A DNA stretch of 64,000 nucleotides from a virus (taxonomy: Duplodnaviria; Caudoviricetes): IMG/VR virus record IMGVR_UViG_3300027566_000007, positions 1 through 64,000 of that record. One strand, written 5' to 3'. Below, piece after piece: positions 62,099 through 64,000 of this stretch. Each line of letters opens with the position of its first letter. The stretch's first letter is position 1. Under the pieces are notes generated by a model, which searched no databases, was not told the DNA's origin, and saw nothing but the letters and a program-made list of their open reading frames with translations. Position numbers and translations under genes: made by a program.

Positions 62099-62931
62099 TG
62101 GCATCTCGTAGGTTTTTTTCAGATGATGAGCTTCTTAGAGTGTTATCTTCAGTACCTCAACCAACTTCTGCGATTAGTTCTGCTATAAAATGTTCACCCG
62201 ACGCGGCTCGGAAGCGTTTAAGACTGTTACATGACGCGGGTATAATAGAAATGACAGAAATTCCGTTCAATACAAAAATTAGAAAAATATACATGTGGAG
62301 CAAAAAAGAAGCACCTGTCAAAAACAACACACCAGATCATTATCTTATTTGTAAACAATGTAAACGATTAAAACCTATACGTGACTTTTCTACGTTACAT
62401 GGAAAGTATATAACTATGTGTAAGAGCTGCAAGAATGAAAATTATAGGAGAAATTATAAACTTAAACAATTAACAAATGAATTAAAATCAAAAGAGAAAG
62501 AATTGATCAATTTTAGAGAATATTCCACTGGAAATAAAATTGATCTATATATAAAAAAAGCACAAGAGATTGACAAAATAAGTAAACAAATTTTTAGGAT
62601 TAAAAACTGGTACAGAATACGAAACCGAGAACGTATTTATGGGACCAAAGTATCAGGAAAACTCTCAAAAATGAAAGCCAACTCTAAACGTCGATTTTTA
62701 GGGTTTAACCCGATAAATGAATATTTCAAAGGTTCTGAATATCACCATCTTCGATATAATACAAATGGTCAAAAAGATGATGATATTGGTATCTTTATAC
62801 CACGCGATATACATCGTTCCGTGCCACATAACGGCGTAACGGGAATGGGGATGGATGAAATGAATTCAATAGCCATTAAATGGTATAATTCAAATGGTGG
62901 AAACCTGAACTACTCTATACAGACTGTATAG
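62095..62931 (+). CDS. HTH + Zn finger + HNH-like endonuclease
   Basis: N-terminal HTH; CKQC..K...F...CKSC; YHHL...IPRDIH..VPH. Confidence 0.55.
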   Translation: MMASRRFFSDDELLRVLSSVPQPTSAISSAIKCSPDAARKRLRLLHDAGIIEMTEIPFNTKIRKIYMWSKKEAPVKNNTPDHYLICKQCKRLKPIRDFSTLHGKYITMCKSCKNENYRRNYKLKQLTNELKSKEKELINFREYSTGNKIDLYIKKAQEIDKISKQIFRIKNWYRIRNRERIYGTKVSGKLSKMKANSKRRFLGFNPINEYFKGSEYHHLRYNTNGQKDDDIGIFIPRDIHRSVPHNGVTGMGMDEMNSIAIKWYNSNGGNLNYSIQTV

Positions 62932-63246
62932 CTTATTACACCGAAGCTCGGCTAATATCTATACAGTATAACATATTCAAATTTAAAAACTAAAATTTTA
63001 TTTATTATTCCCATACCCCCTTTTAATTAATAAATGAACTCTTAACATAATAGATAATAGATACGTCATACTACTTATTATAAAGATTGATACTAATATT
63101 CTGAGTGCAATTCTAATATTTTCATATTCAGGTGGAATCGGGAGTAAAATTATAAAATGTGTTGAAAAATTGTTTATTATTCCCCATAAATAAATATAAA
63201 AATCCACGATTTTCATTTTCGTTAGCTCCAACCAGGTATTATGTTA

Positions 63247-63708
63247 TTAATCTTCTTTTTCTAACTTCCTCAATGCTCTACTCAACCGTTTTTTAAGTTC
63301 CACGTTATCTCTTTCAAGATTTGTTACATCCCGTTCTCTTAATCTTATTATATCGTTGGCGTGTCCCATGTCTTCAATGAGCCGTTTTGTATTTTCAATC
63401 TCTTCAACTTTTTGATATATCCCACGTTCAAACTCTGAAGCAAACATTTCAAGCATATCAAAAGTATCCATTCTGTTCATCCATGATGGATATTTACTAT
63501 TCTGTTTAGAATGTTCCAGAATGCCCACTGGGAGTCCTGCGGTTTTTAAGACTCGTATTACTATTGATAGTTCTCTATGCGGTTCAGATTTAGTCATCTT
63601 TTCTTTAATTTCTTGCTGACTTTTATAATTTGCATATTTTTGTATTCCTTCAAACATGTTAGCACTTCCCTTTATCCTCTTTTTCCTTCCTCTTCTCCAT
63701 CCTATCAA
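63247..63708 (-). CDS. Hypothetical coiled-coil protein
   Basis: 153-aa ORF. Confidence 0.45.
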   Translation of the reverse strand: MIGWRRGRKKRIKGSANMFEGIQKYANYKSQQEIKEKMTKSEPHRELSIVIRVLKTAGLPVGILEHSKQNSKYPSWMNRMDTFDMLEMFASEFERGIYQKVEEIENTKRLIEDMGHANDIIRLRERDVTNLERDNVELKKRLSRALRKLEKED

Positions 63709-64000
63709 TCCTCTCGGAATATCTCAACATCTTACAAAATTCGATTTCGTCATATTCAGGAGCTGGTAACATGATTATTCACCTTCAATCATCTTTAATT
63801 CTAAAACCGTTATCAATAGAATTTCATATTAATTAATTGCATTTTATTATTATATAATTCAATTCTACCTATCTATCTATACCTATACTTAATCGAATTA
63901 AATATTAAATATATTAAATATTTAATTCCCTTCAATAGTCGTACAGTCTTTTTCACCCATTCAAATTAGATATTATTAAATCCGAGTTTATTAATATTAA

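Larger units (their letters stand above)
1..64000. mobile_element. Temperate tailed archaeal virus/provirus segment (siphovirus-like, probable Methanosarcina host)
   Basis: Tail tube, TMP, terminase, portal and integrase are present; archaeal RBS/TATA signals; no housekeeping host genes seen. Confidence 0.9.

Noticed and set aside
63780-64000. ATTAAATAT-type repeats at window end as a terminal repeat or att site
   Set aside because: Low-complexity AT-rich DNA truncated by the window edge; no matching partner seen
1-64000. Provirus-host junction
   Set aside because: No housekeeping genes or canonical host tRNA seen at either end

Overview
The whole window looks like one temperate head-tail (siphovirus-like) archaeal virus. 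The host is most likely Methanosarcina or a relative, judging from AGGTGA/GGAGGT ribosome-binding sites, TATA-type promoters, RHH/AbrB regulators, a RadB-like ATPase, a Zn-ribbon-tailed tyrosine integrase and disaggregatase-like beta-helix proteins. No host flank is evident. Layout: neck/tail module with -1 frameshift chaperones, a 1388-aa tape measure and glycan-active tail proteins (1-16305); leftward small-ORF accessory block (16364-19943); candidate lysis cassette without a recognisable endolysin (20984-23701); integrase and RHH/AbrB switch (23711-26524); an ORF-poor ~1.25 kb array of tRNA-like RNA elements (26807-28050); recombination/replication genes (28108-36563); terminase, portal and a displaced minor head gene (36718-45635); more accessory ORFs; a VirB2/VirB6/VirB3/VirB4-like conjugation-type operon (54794-61858); and an HNH-like gene. 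Capsid, protease and scaffold genes are not in the window. The strongest candidate for an undescribed system is the array: six clear tRNA-like units plus one degenerate one. Each keeps the acceptor stem and T-arm while the D/anticodon half is deleted, replaced by a long A/C-rich loop, or distorted, and the 120-155 nt spacers are capped by hairpins. This suggests a natural tRNA-punctuated small-RNA cassette. Second is a conjugation-like T4SS operon inside a tailed virus. All protein family calls come from motif recognition by eye; no database search was run.
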